A stretch of DNA of 64,000 nt, taken from Microthyrium microscopicum (lineage: Eukaryota). Numbering within the stretch: position 1 is the first letter of the stretch; every line of letters starts with the position of its first letter. The DNA lies in contig MU004236.1 of assembly GCA_010405405.1 (NCBI GenBank), positions 1 to 64,000 on the forward strand. The letters run 5' to 3'. A model generated the notes under the pieces. It was not told where the DNA came from. It made no database searches and saw only the letters and a list, made by a program, of their open reading frames with translations. Below are positions 1 through 13,347 of the stretch, piece after piece. Made by a program: the position numbers and the translations under genes.

Positions 1-95
1 TAACCCTAACCCTAACCCTAACCCTAACCCTAACCCTAACCCTAACCCTAACCCTAACCCTAACCCTAACCCTAACCCTAACCCTAACCCTAACC
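1..95 (+). repeat. Telomeric repeat tract (TAACCC)n, left chromosome end
   Basis: 15 perfect TAACCC units plus TAACC at the start of the window; complement of the TTAGGG telomere used by filamentous ascomycetes. Confidence 0.99.
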
Positions 96-149
96 TGCAA
101 CAATGCTCAAACCATCCCCCACCCCCATTCTCCAATAAAACAATAATTC

Positions 150-410
150 AAACTGCGCGCTGCGCGCGCAATCAACCCCCATCTCCATCACTAGTTTCTC
201 AAACTGCTTCTCACATGCTGCGCATTTTTTTACATGATATTCTACTAATACTAACCTGCTTCCCGTCCGTACGCTATATATATTAACTACTTGCTTCTCC
301 CTTGCACGCTACGCATTATTTTCCGCTAACAACAATCTGCTTCTTACCCGCGCGCTGCGTATCGCGAAGCTAGTTTACTACTAGTTCTTTACTGCTTAGC
401 ACTACGTATG
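150..410. repeat. Degenerate telomere-associated repeats (~40-55 bp period)
   Basis: Motif CTGCTTCT..(C)ACGCTGCGCAT recurs about 6 times (~151, 202, 254, 290, 336, 391) with transition variants (gctgcgcat/gctacgcat/gctgcgtat/actacgtat). Confidence 0.55.
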
Positions 411-1780
411 TTACAATTCCTATTCTCTGCCTTTGCGCTCGGACGTCGCGTACGTAAATCCTACACGTTCATACTGACAAAACTGCAACTCCAGCACTGG
501 CAGCTTTGTACTCTGGACGCCGCCCGCTCTCGTGGACCCCTTAAACCCTTATACACCTGGCTATGAGCAAACTTTTCATACGAAAACCCCCGCCTAGCTC
601 TTGTGTGCCATGTGTGCCCTTGCGCCGGGTGTAATCTCACGGTTTCGCCTTGGTCTCATCGCAATTCCGCGTGCGGCATGAACTTCATCCCGGCTCTACG
701 CGCCATTGACCCTTCCGCGCCGGCCATCTGCCTTCTCCTCCATGCTTCCACACCACGTTACGATCACCTGTCTTAATCCCACTCTGTAAGCGCATGTCCA
801 TCCTGGCCCCATGGGCGGCTTCTCTCCACTGGGCCAACGAACTCGGAATAAGCTGCCTCAATGCGCGGGCCATCGCCGTCTTGACGGGCCTGGGTTCAAC
901 ACGGATATGGACGTGCTTGGTTAACGGGCTTCGCATCCGGATCTGAATGGAACAAGCTGCGTGGACGATGATGGGCCGGGTCTTGATTTGGCTGAAATGG
1001 GCTGTGGGTATGCACGTGGCTGAGCGGCCTGCTCGACGGGCCTCACACGCGCGCATGCGATGGGCTGTTGGTGTGGACATGGACTGCGGCGTGGAGTGCG
1101 ACGTGCCTCACGTGTAAACGTGGATGGTATGGGCTGCGGGCGGCCAGTTACTAGTATGGACATGTGTATAATCGTGCTGGGAGTATGGCAACGGGCATCC
1201 TGTGCTATTCGGACCCATCACGGTGCTAACAAACTAGCTTCTGCGGGTTTAATGTGTCTTCTTTCTTTATATTTGGCCTTTTGTATGTCGACACCATGGA
1301 AGTAGTTACAGCAGCCGGCGGTATATGGTGGCCCATGGAAATTCTCTCTTGTCTCCCGTTCTTTCTTGCTGAACAACTCTGCTTTCTCCCTTTCTTGCTT
1401 TCCCGCATGGTGGATGGGATGTCGTGTTACTTGAAGCTCACTCATGCGCATGAATTACCCCCTTGGGCGTCTTTGGCTCCTTCGCAACGTCTTCCACCGC
1501 ACCGACGCCGTCAATACCAAGTCAAAACCGAAAGCCGGTCCACCAAAACGGGCATGCCCCGCCAATGAGTACAAAAACGGCGGCTTCCCTCGCCTGCCCC
1601 AGTGAACTTGATTTTCTCTGCGGACCATCAAATCACTGATGCGCCCAGCGTTGATGTGGTGACGGGCTTTGCGTCTGGACGGGCTTTGCGGTTGGCCGTG
1701 AACGGGGACCAGAATGGGGATTGAAACATACTGTGGGTCATGTCTTGAAATGGAGCGGGCTGCGGCTCACCAACTTCGAC

Positions 1781-1842
1781 GGGAACGGGATGTGGGTATC
1801 AACGTGGATTCGATGGGAACGGGCTGTGGGTATCAACGTGGA
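1781..1842. repeat. Tandem duplication, 34-bp period
   Basis: gggaacggga/ctgtgggtatcaacgtgga at 1781 and 1815; related copy tgggctgtgggtatgcacgtgg near 998. Confidence 0.8.
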
Positions 1843-2737
1843 GTGACATGAGCCTTGCGTATAGCAGTGGGCCGGGACGGCCCTTGATCGGTATGGTCGT
1901 GGGCGAAGCCGGGCTACGGATATGAACTTGCAAGATGTGTTTGTTGCGGGTTTGTACCTTAGCGAATCATCGTAGTCAAAGTATAGCAACGGGCTCCATC
2001 TGTTGTTGACAAGCCATACTGCTCTCCGATCTTATAAGCCCTCAATGATCTCTGCCTCCATAACGTTCAGTAGAACCATCAAGCCGTCGTAACCATCGTA
2101 TGGATCTGATAACAGATACTCGCTGTATATGCCAGCCTCATAAATATTGCTTTCCTTCCATCTCGGACGAGTTGTTTCTTGCTCAACTACAAGCCCAACT
2201 CCTATCGTTTTCCTTCTGCTTCTCTCTATCTACTTCGCCTAAATGCGCACCAAAGTACTCGTGCCGTGAATGACTTGTCAAAGACAACTCCGCTCCGAAA
2301 TCCACTATGCAAGACTTCCAATACGAGTGCTCGAAGCTCGGGGACCGACTCTTTTATCTCTCATCGCTAGCCTGGTACATAGAGGTGCGGATGGTTGCGC
2401 AGTGCTCGGTGGGACGCGCGCTGCTAATCGGTATCAACGGCTCGTTGGCGGAAAATATGACGACCTGGGTAACGCGAGCCTAGTAGTGAGTGAATGCCTT
2501 GCTTACAGTGGCTATGACTGCCACTCTTGTACCTGAGCAGCGACGGGAATAGTGAAGAACCTGTGGTGAAGTGCAGTCTCAAGTCGTGTGTCAAGACTCA
2601 AAATAGTCGCGTGTCAAAATCATACATGGCGGGAAGCGCGCGGCTCCCAACCAACGCGCTTTGAATCTTACCTCTTTCTCTTTCCTGTTGCCAGAATATA
2701 TTCCACCAGAACGTTTTCTGACTAGCCCTGATACCTA

Positions 2738-4708
2738 CCCATCCCTAAGACTAGACATCCCCGCCAAGGGATGCCCGCCAGCTTACCCACTAGCCAGTTC
2801 ACCCGCCAGAATGCTAAGAGAAACGTAGGTACTCAAATTTCTACTACTATACTACTAAAAGTAAAGTATTTATATTTTTAATTAAATATATTGCTTAAAA
2901 TACTTATTAGGTACAATTAGATCTTTAAAATCTTCATCTTATAATAGTATTAGTATTATAGGATCCTTAACTTTAATCTATCCTTTAGTAGCCTTCTTTT
3001 TAGCTTCCCTTGCTTCTTAATAACATTAAGCAAGATCCTCTTTATCTTATTTCTTTATAACTACTTCTTAAAGAAATCTAACTAGTATAATATAAGGCTT
3101 ACTAATGAGCCTATTTACAGACCTCTTAAATTGCTTTATCTTAGCCTTTTTAGTATAAGCTACTATTATATCTTTAATCTACTTCCTTAGAATTTAATAT
3201 TAAGTAAAGATAATATTTAACGCTTTTATATACTTCTAAAAAGCTTTAAAAGGCTTATAGATTTATATAGTTATTCTTTATTAAATTAAATTAACTTCTT
3301 ACTTTATTCTTAGTATTAAAAGTATCTTAAAGTAGGCTTTATTAAGCTCTAGCTATTCTTCCTCTTTAGATATCTATTCTTCTATCAAATTATCTAGAAC
3401 TATAGATAGATTAAAAGGCTAAATTCTAGACTCTTTCTAGCCCTTTTTAATTATTCCTAACTTTATTATTTTATAGTAGATCTCTATAATCTAATCTAAA
3501 AAGTTAACTTTAGTAATACTAGAGACTCTAAGCCTTACTAAATTACTAATAGCCTTTTTATACTAGTACTTATAAGGCTAAAACACTAAGACGTCTAGAG
3601 GTTATAGAATCTATAAAGTATAAGGTAATAAGAAGAAGAGAATTATCTTATTATTAAGGTAAAAAGAGAGGAAATTCTTCGTAGTTTAACTCTTATAGCT
3701 ATTAAGAATTAAGAGCCTAAATTTACTCTTTTAAAACGTCTTTATAGCTTCGTTAAAGTACTTTATCTAACTAAGAAGGATCTTATTATTTATATAAGCT
3801 AATTCTAAAGTATTAAGATACTAATTGTTAGGTAGGAATATTAAATAAATCTAATCTTCTTATACTTTACTAGATTTTAATTATAGGATAACTTATAAAG
3901 GAATATAATTACTAGTAGTACTTATATACTCTACTATAGTAATAAGTTCTTAATTTAATTCCTTTAGAGCCGTAATCTATTACCTCTTTTTACCTAAAGT
4001 TATAGGAATAACGATACTCTCTTTACTACTAATTCTAATACAGAATCCTCCTTTATTAATATTCTAAAAATCTTTAGCCTAAATTCTAAGTCTCTAAAGC
4101 TTTCCTTCTAATTTATTATACTAATCTTTTATATCTTTTAGGTCTTTAGCTACTACTCGTTTAAGATCCTTTAGATTATTAGTTTAGAAGGATAATTTAA
4201 CGTAGAATTACTTTATAAAGCGGCGCGACTAGTAATCTCTAAGCAATAGAAGTTTAAAATCTAGCAAATTATTTAGATAGTCTTTAAGTAACTTATAGGC
4301 GGCTATTTTAATCGTAAGAATATTCCTATTAATGCCTAGCTTATAGAGATCCTTTATAAACAAAATAATTGCTTATTCTTCGTATTATTAAAGACATATA
4401 TTAGCTCTACGTCGTTTACTTCTTGTTTTTACCTCTTAAAGGCAATCGTTAAAGGTCCGCGGATTTATACTATATACATACGTACATTCTAATTTAGACT
4501 TCTAACCACTACGTTTCTACGCGGATAAGGCTTTAAGCATAATAATAAGACGTAAATTAAAACAATAATATAATAAGGAACACGTAGGGAGATAGGATTA
4601 AGAAGATATATTTATTTTAGGCTAATTCTTAGCATTCTAGCGAGTGAACTAGCTAGCAGATAAGCTGGCGGGCATCCCCTGGCAGGGATGTCTAGTCTTA
4701 GGAATGGG
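2738..4708 (-). mobile_element. Fot1/pogo (Tc1-mariner superfamily) DNA transposon inactivated by RIP
   Basis: 82-bp TIRs (2738-2819 and 4627-4708), flanking TA (2736-37, 4709-10), 1971 bp, very AT/TpA-rich interior. Minus-strand 3570-3715 reads LLILNSYKS*...LLPYTL*IL*PLDVLVF*PYK, a RIP-mutated DDE_1 motif (LLILDGHxSH...LPPHTSxxLQPLDV). Confidence 0.95.
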
Positions 4709-6575
4709 TAGCCCTAAGAATCATCCGACTACATTCTCCCATACGCTCTGGCTTTGCATTTGCCTCTTTGGCTTGTCAACTAACAATATTGACTCTGGCA
4801 CATGTCATAAGACAGTAGAGTATCTAGCTCAGAAAAGGCTTTGCTTAACGTGCATACTGTGAGCCGTGGATGAAAAATCTGGAATATGATCAGCTTCGCT
4901 TCGGCCAGATCAAATTGAGCACTGGTTGGAAGGGCGTCAAGGGGCGACTAAGCTGATACGTTGACCATGACCATGTATCTGTAGTCACGATGTCCTTATT
5001 CGATCTTTGGCTATCTAAAGCAGTCGATTTTCAAGAGATCAGGAAGCGCGAGGTGGTGCGGTCTTGTAATTTTGTCAACTACGAGCATGCCCGGTCGGAA
5101 TACTTCAGGGTAATCTATATGATCGTTGTTCTTGACCCAGCCCGGTCGTTTCTATGAACTTGAAAAGTACGACAGTCATCGATCCTGCCGCGGTGTCTTT
5201 GGCAACCAGATATCATGTACCAGAATCTCGCAGTATACAACTCGGTCGACTTTGCTTCATCCTCTTCGGTCGCCACACCACCGGAAAGAGCCAAGCATCT
5301 CGATCCTACTGAGACCTTGTGCGCAGCCGAAATATCCACATACACGAGGTCAATATCTTCACTATCGATGGTCTGGAGTTCGAGGCTTTTGGAAAGTGCA
5401 GGTTGATCTTTTTGTTCTACTTAGTTGCAACCGGGTCAACGGAGCTCCACCGTTCAGGCGTGGCAGGCGCAGGAGTGCCGGGCCTGATATGGGCTACGAT
5501 GCTCAGGCAATCGCATTGCGTTCCACCAGACATAGCAACATTGTGATAGATTGACTCTTCAGTCGCCCCAGGACGATTCACTACACAGGCAGCTTATACC
5601 CAGACATATCCAGGAACCCTTTAAAGACATTCGGCAGAGCTCTGACGGCAGCAGCTCTCAAGCGACAACTAACGATAGAGCCGAAGAAAAGCTAGGAGAA
5701 AATAAAGCTGCACAAAAGAGCGTGCTTCAGCGGACGAACAAACTGTCACCTCTTACTAACGTTTCTCTAAGTCGGTCAGCGGTTATGTCTTCATATCCTG
5801 GTGAAGAGTACTCGTATATTGTGGAACAACATCACATGGCTGGTGTTCGGCACTGAGACGCTCGATAGGAATGATCTTGTTTTCATCGGGGCAGGTAAGT
5901 ATACAGAAGCAAGATGGGTGTTTGGCTGCGAGCAAAGCCCAACAACCGGCATCCGCAGGACTTTTTTGTGTTTTCTGAGCCCGACTGCAGCAGCGTCTGA
6001 TCGATAGTTACTGCCAAAGCCCATCAGTGTATGTCAGGCCATTCTACCACCAATGCCAAGCGCGCAGCAGTGTAAGCGAAGCTTAGCAAGGCAGCTTGGC
6101 AACAGAACAATGTGATACCATATTACCATCAAAGCTACAACAAGAAGCAAGCGCAGTAGTTTTAGCGTAATGAATGCTAAGTCTGCGAGTAACGACTTAG
6201 ATCGGAGATAGCGTCTGAGCGATGTTTAACGGAGAGGTACACCACGCCCTTTGTGTGTGAGAAACAACGAGCCATAATTTCCAGCGGCCAACTCGAGGTC
6301 CAGAGGTTTATGGGAAGAGGCCAAGCAATACAGATATTACTGCGAAGAGATGTTGATGTGTTCCTTTGAAGGTCACTAAACTCAAAGCCGAGCTAGCTTA
6401 GAGTCGTTCCAAGGGCAGTAAAGAGTACCGCGTATTCGATGCAGGAAGTGGGACGAATCTACGATTACGGTAAAGAATGAGGACGGAGAGACTGGTTGCA
6501 GCACGCATAAGGTGGGTGTAATCAAAAAGTCTTTTCAGTGTGAGACCATACAATGCTAATTACAGGCGATGGCAG

Positions 6576-6670
6576 CCATAACACCCGATCAGAGCCATCA
6601 AGTGCGCTGGGTACCATCGCACCCGATCAGAGACATTAAGTGCGCTGGAAGCCATAGCACTTGATCAGAA
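6576..6670. repeat. Tandem array of a 38-bp unit (~2.5 copies) built from alternating-orientation 19-bp halves
   Basis: Units start at 6576, 6614 and 6652: ccatMRcacccgatcagagMcatYaagtgcgctgg. Confidence 0.8.
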
Positions 6671-9371
6671 ATACCAAACGTGAGATAACAAGAGCCTTTG
6701 TGCTATAATGCGGACCACTTGACTCTACATAGCATGCGTAATTGAACAATATAACTGACACTACCGGCATAGTATTGACCTAGTTACGCACTAGCATTAT
6801 CAGATTTGCGCACCATCAATGGGCATATACATAGCGAGGCCCTTATGTGTTGATTTCATAGGTACCTTACAGATCGGAATGGGCGGCTTGGATGGAGAAA
6901 AGTGCCCGCCAAGTCGCGAGGCTTGGGATAGATCTTCATACCTATTGGAGATGTATTTACTTTGCCTGAAGATGTGTCTTAGTCATTGAACTTACGTAAC
7001 TTAGGGATCTAATAGCTGTAAAAAATGCTGCGTATCTGCGCTGGGATTCGTGGTCTCTCCGTGGATGCACTGAAGTTCAAGGTCTATTAGAACTCTAAGC
7101 CCCGGTGATAAAGATGTGCCAGGATAGATCAGATTCACCTCGGGAATGAATGGCTAGGTTGCAAATGGTGCCTGGCACGACATTGCGGCATGTTTCTGAA
7201 GCCGGTGATACCTCTTCGAAGCAAGTCTGGGCTGTCATCGATAGATCTCAAAACCTCCACTTCAGCAACAAAGTTTGAGCATATTGCATATTTTCAAGTC
7301 CAACTGATTACTTTCGATATGCCTGGAAGAAAATTGCTGATGTGGGTGTCGTCATGTGGTGCAGTGTCGACGGCTCATGCTGGTCTTTTGACATCACTCT
7401 AGACATCCAGCCCAAAAGACGTTTTGTTCGCAGTTCCTGCTAGATCACAAAGATACAATACTCTATTCTTATGCATTGGACTCATCGGGAACTGCAAAGC
7501 ATTGCTTTAAAAATATCCAGAACATAATGGCTGTACCCGAAGGAGGTGAGGGAACAAGAAATGTAATGCTTACAGGACTCTGGGTAAGAATAACCTAACA
7601 ATACCAATCACTATCTTATCATTCATTTCTCCTTGTCACGATTTCAAGTTGCTCCATTACTGTATTTGCGCTAAAAGATTTATGTAAAGAGCGAGAACTT
7701 CCTAAGGTACCAATGACTTGATAAGTATAAAACACGCTTTCACGAAGTTTGTGGTAGCAATCCCTTCAATGTGGTGCTCTTGAAGATCAAATACCTGCAG
7801 CATGCTTCCACCTTATTCACCTGTTCCATTCCTCCTCTTGAAGGGCTTTCATTGCCCATATCCAAAAGGTGAGGTCCGTTTCATCAAACCGAGAAGCGGT
7901 GAGAAGGCGCCGGCGGCTACGGCCCACAAGCCCGCGATAACGACGGCTCCGATCCTCGCTTTCGTAACCCTAGAGAAACAGACAAAGAGCGAGCCGAGAG
8001 CGCGCAATTATAACGCTTCAGTCGTTCTGGTATCGCCATTATGGTTGTCGCTGCGGATGAAGTTAGCCGTGGGGGCTCTTTACCATTGTCCTGCGGCTGG
8101 AGTTCAGACGGTCAAGAGCAAACTGCGAGAAGCCAATGCTCTACACGAGGCGGATAATGGAGGGCCCAAAAGAAAGATGCGAACATTCGCTAAGGAAAGT
8201 ACGTATTGACATTGAGAGCTACATATAAACCCCCGAAAGGTGCAGTCTCTCGGCGGTGCCCGGGTTCGGTACAACCTATCATTGTACAACGAAGCTCGCT
8301 TAGCCAAGATCATTTAGTATTCAGGCACAAACGGATGCTCCGAGTCCAAGGATACAAGCTTGCGAGGCTCGTATGCATTTGGATGGATTGGAGCTATGAG
8401 GCACTGGCAATCTGTCTTGGACTGGATGACAATCCAAGATGTGAGAGGGGGGAAAGGGACTTCTTTCGCCCATTGCGGACAACAGGTAAATATCGAATTG
8501 GCATAAGATGGCCCACTAATAGCAACTGCGAGAGATATTGCCTAGTTGGTCAGTTGTTAATATCGACTACTTCATAAAGTGCAGTAATGATGTCTTGGAA
8601 CACATCGCTAACCCAGCCGCTCTACCGCATCATCACGAATAGTACACCTCCACACATGTGGTATTTCCAGGTGCTTCAGAAGCGCTCAACACCGCAACCA
8701 TAAATATGAAGCTCTGAAGATTTGGAGCGTATTTATAGGCTAACATATTGTCAGACCATAACAGGTCGGACCGCAACGGGCCAGGCGTGGATAGTACGTC
8801 GGGAAAAGGGGCGAGATGACTTAGAGGATCAAGAGAGGTGATGCAGAGTCGCATGTGAAGAAGGTCGTTGACAACCTCATCGAAGACTATCTACCGGGGA
8901 TAAGCCATCAAGCAGCAAGAGAAACGCACATGGAAACCACGTAGTCACTGTTGAGTTTCTGACTGGTGCAGTAGACACATTTGCTAAGACTAACTTTGCG
9001 GGACTCCTCTTGTCGCCGAGTCCCACAGGATACTCAGACTATGGACCTGACTGCCAATGCCGAGCCGCAAACGCCCAACACGAGCAATAAGAATGGCAGA
9101 TGGCGCCGGCAGGACTCCCACTCTCCCGAACCATCGCTTGTGTCTACCGCGCGCGGCGCCACCATCAAGCGGGCTCGTCGCCAGCAAATCCGGCTCCGGG
9201 GCGTTAGCAAAGCCGACTCCATGGAGTCAGCAAAGCCGGCTCCAGAGCGTGGGCAAATATCCGAGTCCCAAGAAGTTCCCAGCCCCAGAAATTTCCGAGC
9301 CCCAAGAAATGGCGAAGGCGAGTCGGAATTGGATGGCCTGCTGGGTGTCAGCGGTGGTGGCTTTGATCCTG

Positions 9372-10680
9372 CTATCCAAACGGCTCGAGCGCATCTCTAA
9401 TGCGGCTCAGAGCGGTCTGAAGATTGAAGACCATATCGGAGGCTGCTGGACCACGGTGCTTCCAAAGCCAGCCCTCCATGCGCTTCCAAACAGTCACCGA
9501 ATTGTTGTAGTCTTCTTGGCAGTTAGCAAGCTCCAAGCAGGCGACCCGGTACGCTTCGCTGGTCAACAGTCACGTTAACTTGCAATCCAGGGGGCCAGCC
9601 TATGACTCCTGGCGGATTGTCTAGGAAAGGACCTTGTAAAGATTGCAACGATCTGAAAGTGCTTGGCGCCCCAACTCATCTGGATCAAGTCGCAGCCAAG
9701 TACTGGAGACCAGGATGTTAGTCGATTTGTCCAGCATATACCGCAGATAAGGGTCACAGCGAATGCTTCTTATCTATTCTGTGCATTAGAGTATGCGTAC
9801 TCACCCGCGCATCCTTAACTCCCCGGCGGTTCGATAAAGCCACGACACTATGCTGTCTTCAACTGAGGACAACAACACGAGAGTCTTGAAGGGCTGCGGC
9901 GCTGCCCCCACGCGCATATGCAAAGCTCTTCCGTTGAGGGCATCAACAACTGTCGTCCTGCGCACGCCGATCCGTCTTTCACGTTGTTCTGGACATAAAG
10001 CAACATCTCGCCCGGCTTCAAGGTTCTGCTATCCAAGGCTCGCATGATTCCTGGCCAGTATGAGCCCACCCTCGAGCACACTCTCTGGAGACGGAGACTT
10101 GCCTTTGGTCATGTTCTGGGATCGGCGCAGTTCTTTCGCGAAGAAGGGGTTGGCGTGCGCGGCGTAGCGGTGGATTATGGTACGGACCGGTTGGAGGGCG
10201 CGGTGTAGCAGTTGAAGGCGCAGTGTGGCGATGGAACTGCGCGTCATAGTGATGGGATTTCACGATATAGCAGGCGGACGAGGGAGGAGCCATAGAGCTA
10301 AAACCCGAGTCTTGCAAGTTGCGCGTGAGTGGATGATGAAGTGTATCTGGTCATGGCCACGCATATTGGTCATGTCGTTCGTTATTGTAAGTCAAGAGTT
10401 TGGCAGAGACAGGACGCCATGAGTGAGGAGAAAGTGTTTCGCGGAGAGACGGGATATAGGGAGCGAGAGTTCGATATTGTCATTGCGTTCCAGGCCAAGT
10501 ATATGAGCAGCTTATCTGGTATGCGGATGGGACTAGACCTGAGCAGGAGGCAAGTCTATGGTGTGACTTTAGCACTACTGATGCTCCAGGGCAGGGCCTT
10601 AAGAGGTATTTTTCAGAAGATTAGCAAAATGAGAGCCGGGCGGAGGACGTCTGTCAAACTGGGGTTCTGGAAGCATATTA
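9372..10680 (-). pseudogene. Probable decayed protein-coding gene, unknown product
   Basis: A minus-strand frame links ORF fragments 10029-10247 and 9372-9566 through scattered in-frame stops, with a GTGAGT..CTAAT..TAG intron remnant near 9775-9805. No recognisable domain. Confidence 0.4.
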
Positions 10681-11909
10681 AGAGCTGGGAGGAGGAAAAA
10701 TACTTGACAATGAAACTGAAGTTGAAGACCAAGATGGAGTTGGGAAGACCAGAATATTGATTGGGTATCCAAGCGCGCTGCACAGGCCATCATGCAAGTC
10801 ATGATTTGCCGCGTTGTTTGTTTAAGCGCAATCGATCCAATGTTCTCAGGGGTAATAATTGACAACATCCTACTACTTCAACTTGTCATTTTAAATGCTG
10901 TCCTCCAAATCAGCTTATTCGGCGAGACGAAAATGGGGCCCTCTGACAGAGCTCGCTCAATCTAGGTAGTGGCTTGTTGAAATGGAACACAAACAGCAAT
11001 TATCGGTTCATTTCCCACTACTTTATTCTGCTTACGGCGAGATGTATGCTCTTCCGAATGCCAAATGGGCAGCTTCAAAAATGAGTAAGCACCTCTGTAT
11101 CTCGACTCGCTCGTCCCAGTCGCCCTTCCGGGTTCGCCTTTGTTCACACATTTTCTTGCCTCCTTTGCCTCTCGTATCAGTTCTTGCTCTCTGTATATGG
11201 TTAGCTCCTCATTAGCTCAATAGACAACTACATAATGTTCACGAAGCTCGCTGTATATCTCCCATGCTATTGGTGCACTAGGTGGATTCTGATCACACGG
11301 CAATTCCAAGTTCTCGTCGATGAAGTGCTTGAGCTTTTGGAGGAATGTGATCATTCTGGCGCTTGGGACCATATACGGCTGAGAAGGGGTGACTAACTCG
11401 CCAAGTGGTTTGCGATTTTGCTCGGTTGTCAGGCGATGCTGAAGTAGCTGGATGTTTTGGCTTGACATGGCGGAAGGTTAGTATGATTTCGCCGGTATAT
11501 CCTGCCGTTCTGCTCGATATGGTGAATGTGAGGTTGACTTGATATGGGCGTCGCTGTTGTTCAAAATGAATGTTTACGGGTAGGGATTCGAGGTTTTGGG
11601 GATGTGGTCTGAGGGAGAACACGCATAGGACACGAATTCCACTGTGGCTTCGAGCATGCAATTACAGCTTCTATGGATTGCCCCTTCGTTTAAGTACAAA
11701 TTGTATGTGATGGATTCGATAACTGCTTATCTCACCAGCTAATTTTGCCTCAGTAACCTTATCTATCATTCCTTCGCCACACTTTTCCTCTCCCCCCATT
11801 GACTATCCCCTGGCTTCACTGAGATGTACCTGCGATTGTCTCTTGACTGAACTAGCAATGCCCATCAAGGATCCCGCAGAAGTTCCACTAATCCAGGCTT
11901 GCATCTCTA

Positions 11910-12900
11910 AACATGAAACTCCGGCAATCTACCATCAACGTGTCTCTCACCGCAGACATCGAAAAGAAAATTCAAGAGGTCAAGGCTCTAATAGAGCGAC
12001 TCGCGGACAAGTCTAAGGGAGGTTGAATCAATGGAATAAGATTACCAACAAGAAAACCGAATGCCACATCAAAAGCAAATGACGACGCCGTTACACTACT
12101 CCAGAGCCAGCACGAAGTCAAATTGCTCGCTGCTTCCAATGCGAAGGCCGACGCCGTCACACGGCTACAGACCCAGCACGGAGCTGAACTACTCGCAGCA
12201 TCCAAGGCAAAGAACGACGCCATTACGTACATCAGGAATGAACATTAAGATAAGCTTACCGCGGCATTATACGCAAAGAATTACGCCATCACATCTCTAA
12301 AGAACAAACACCAAGATGAACTTACCGCGGATCAAAGGCAAAGGAAGATGCGATTGCTTTACTGCAGATCCAACATACTGAGGCATTGACTGCAGCATCA
12401 AAGGCGAAGGATGATGCGATAACATCTTCTCAACAAACCCACGATACGATAATGACAGACACTTTGGACTCCAATGAGAAAAATCTTTTAAATAAACATA
12501 GACAAGCTATCACATTACTTAAGAAAGAGCATGAAGAAAGTACTAAGGCAGGTTTGATTCAGGAACATGGCATCCTTCTTGTCAGCGACTCACGATCATG
12601 CAACTGCCATCGAAACCTTGTCTGGCCAACACGCGCATACAACAAATCTCGTCCAACAGCAACATGGTATCGCGATAGATGCCCTGCAACGTGCCAAAAA
12701 GGATAATATCAACATTTGGACAGAGGAAGTTAAGTAATTGACGGCGGAAAGCATCGCCAAGGATATCATTATTGAATCACATGAATCTCTCATTGCTAGG
12801 ATTACTAGTCAACATAAAAAGGCCACCCAGCTTGCTCTAATAGAGCAAGAAGAATAAAACCAGGAGCTTGCCCGCATACACGATCAATTGACCATATGGC
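11910..12900 (+). pseudogene. Pseudogene of a coiled-coil protein with 22-aa (66-bp) tandem repeats
   Basis: Six 66-bp units from 12063 to ~12457 encode AASKAKxDAITxLQxQHxxELx. In-frame TGA/TAA stops (CAA>TAA in unit 3) and a 1-bp deletion in unit 5. Confidence 0.75.
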
Positions 12901-13347
12901 CCACGATGAAAAACAATTCTTTCAGAAACTATTTGCCTAGGACCGCCAGTCAAGTTCGTGAGCAACACCCCGATGTTCAAAGTTACTACCATGACTCATG
13001 CTCGTAGCATCGAATCCATCGTCTATGCCAAACCTGCACCAACATCTAAGTCTTCCCAAGCATCCAAAAGCTTGCCTTCCAAGTCCGTTGTCTCGTCGTC
13101 ATGATTCCTATTGCTACGCCCTATATGCCATGAATCCATCTTTGGCCAAGTGGATCGAACTTGAGCAGCCATCATGGAGAAAGACTCCGGGAATCTAGTC
13201 TTCATATTCTTCTCCACAATTCAATTAGTCTGCAATAGATGATGGATATCATACCCAGTAGCCCTGTGAAGGATATGTTTAGATTTATACTAAAGGGAAG
13301 CGGGACTTCTCTAACCTTACTTAGTCATGCCCTTTGTTTAACTTATC

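Noticed and set aside
685..2536. Short ORFs next to the telomere as genes (e.g. TLH helicase)
   Set aside because: No helicase or RT motifs; the ORFs are by-products of GC-rich repeats.
6576..6670. Repeat array as a CRISPR
   Set aside because: Eukaryotic chromosome, contiguous units without unique spacers, no cas genes.
4800..8900. ORF fragments such as 5126-5554 and 7802-8209
   Set aside because: No recognisable domain or consistent splice model; may be decayed genes but I cannot support a call.
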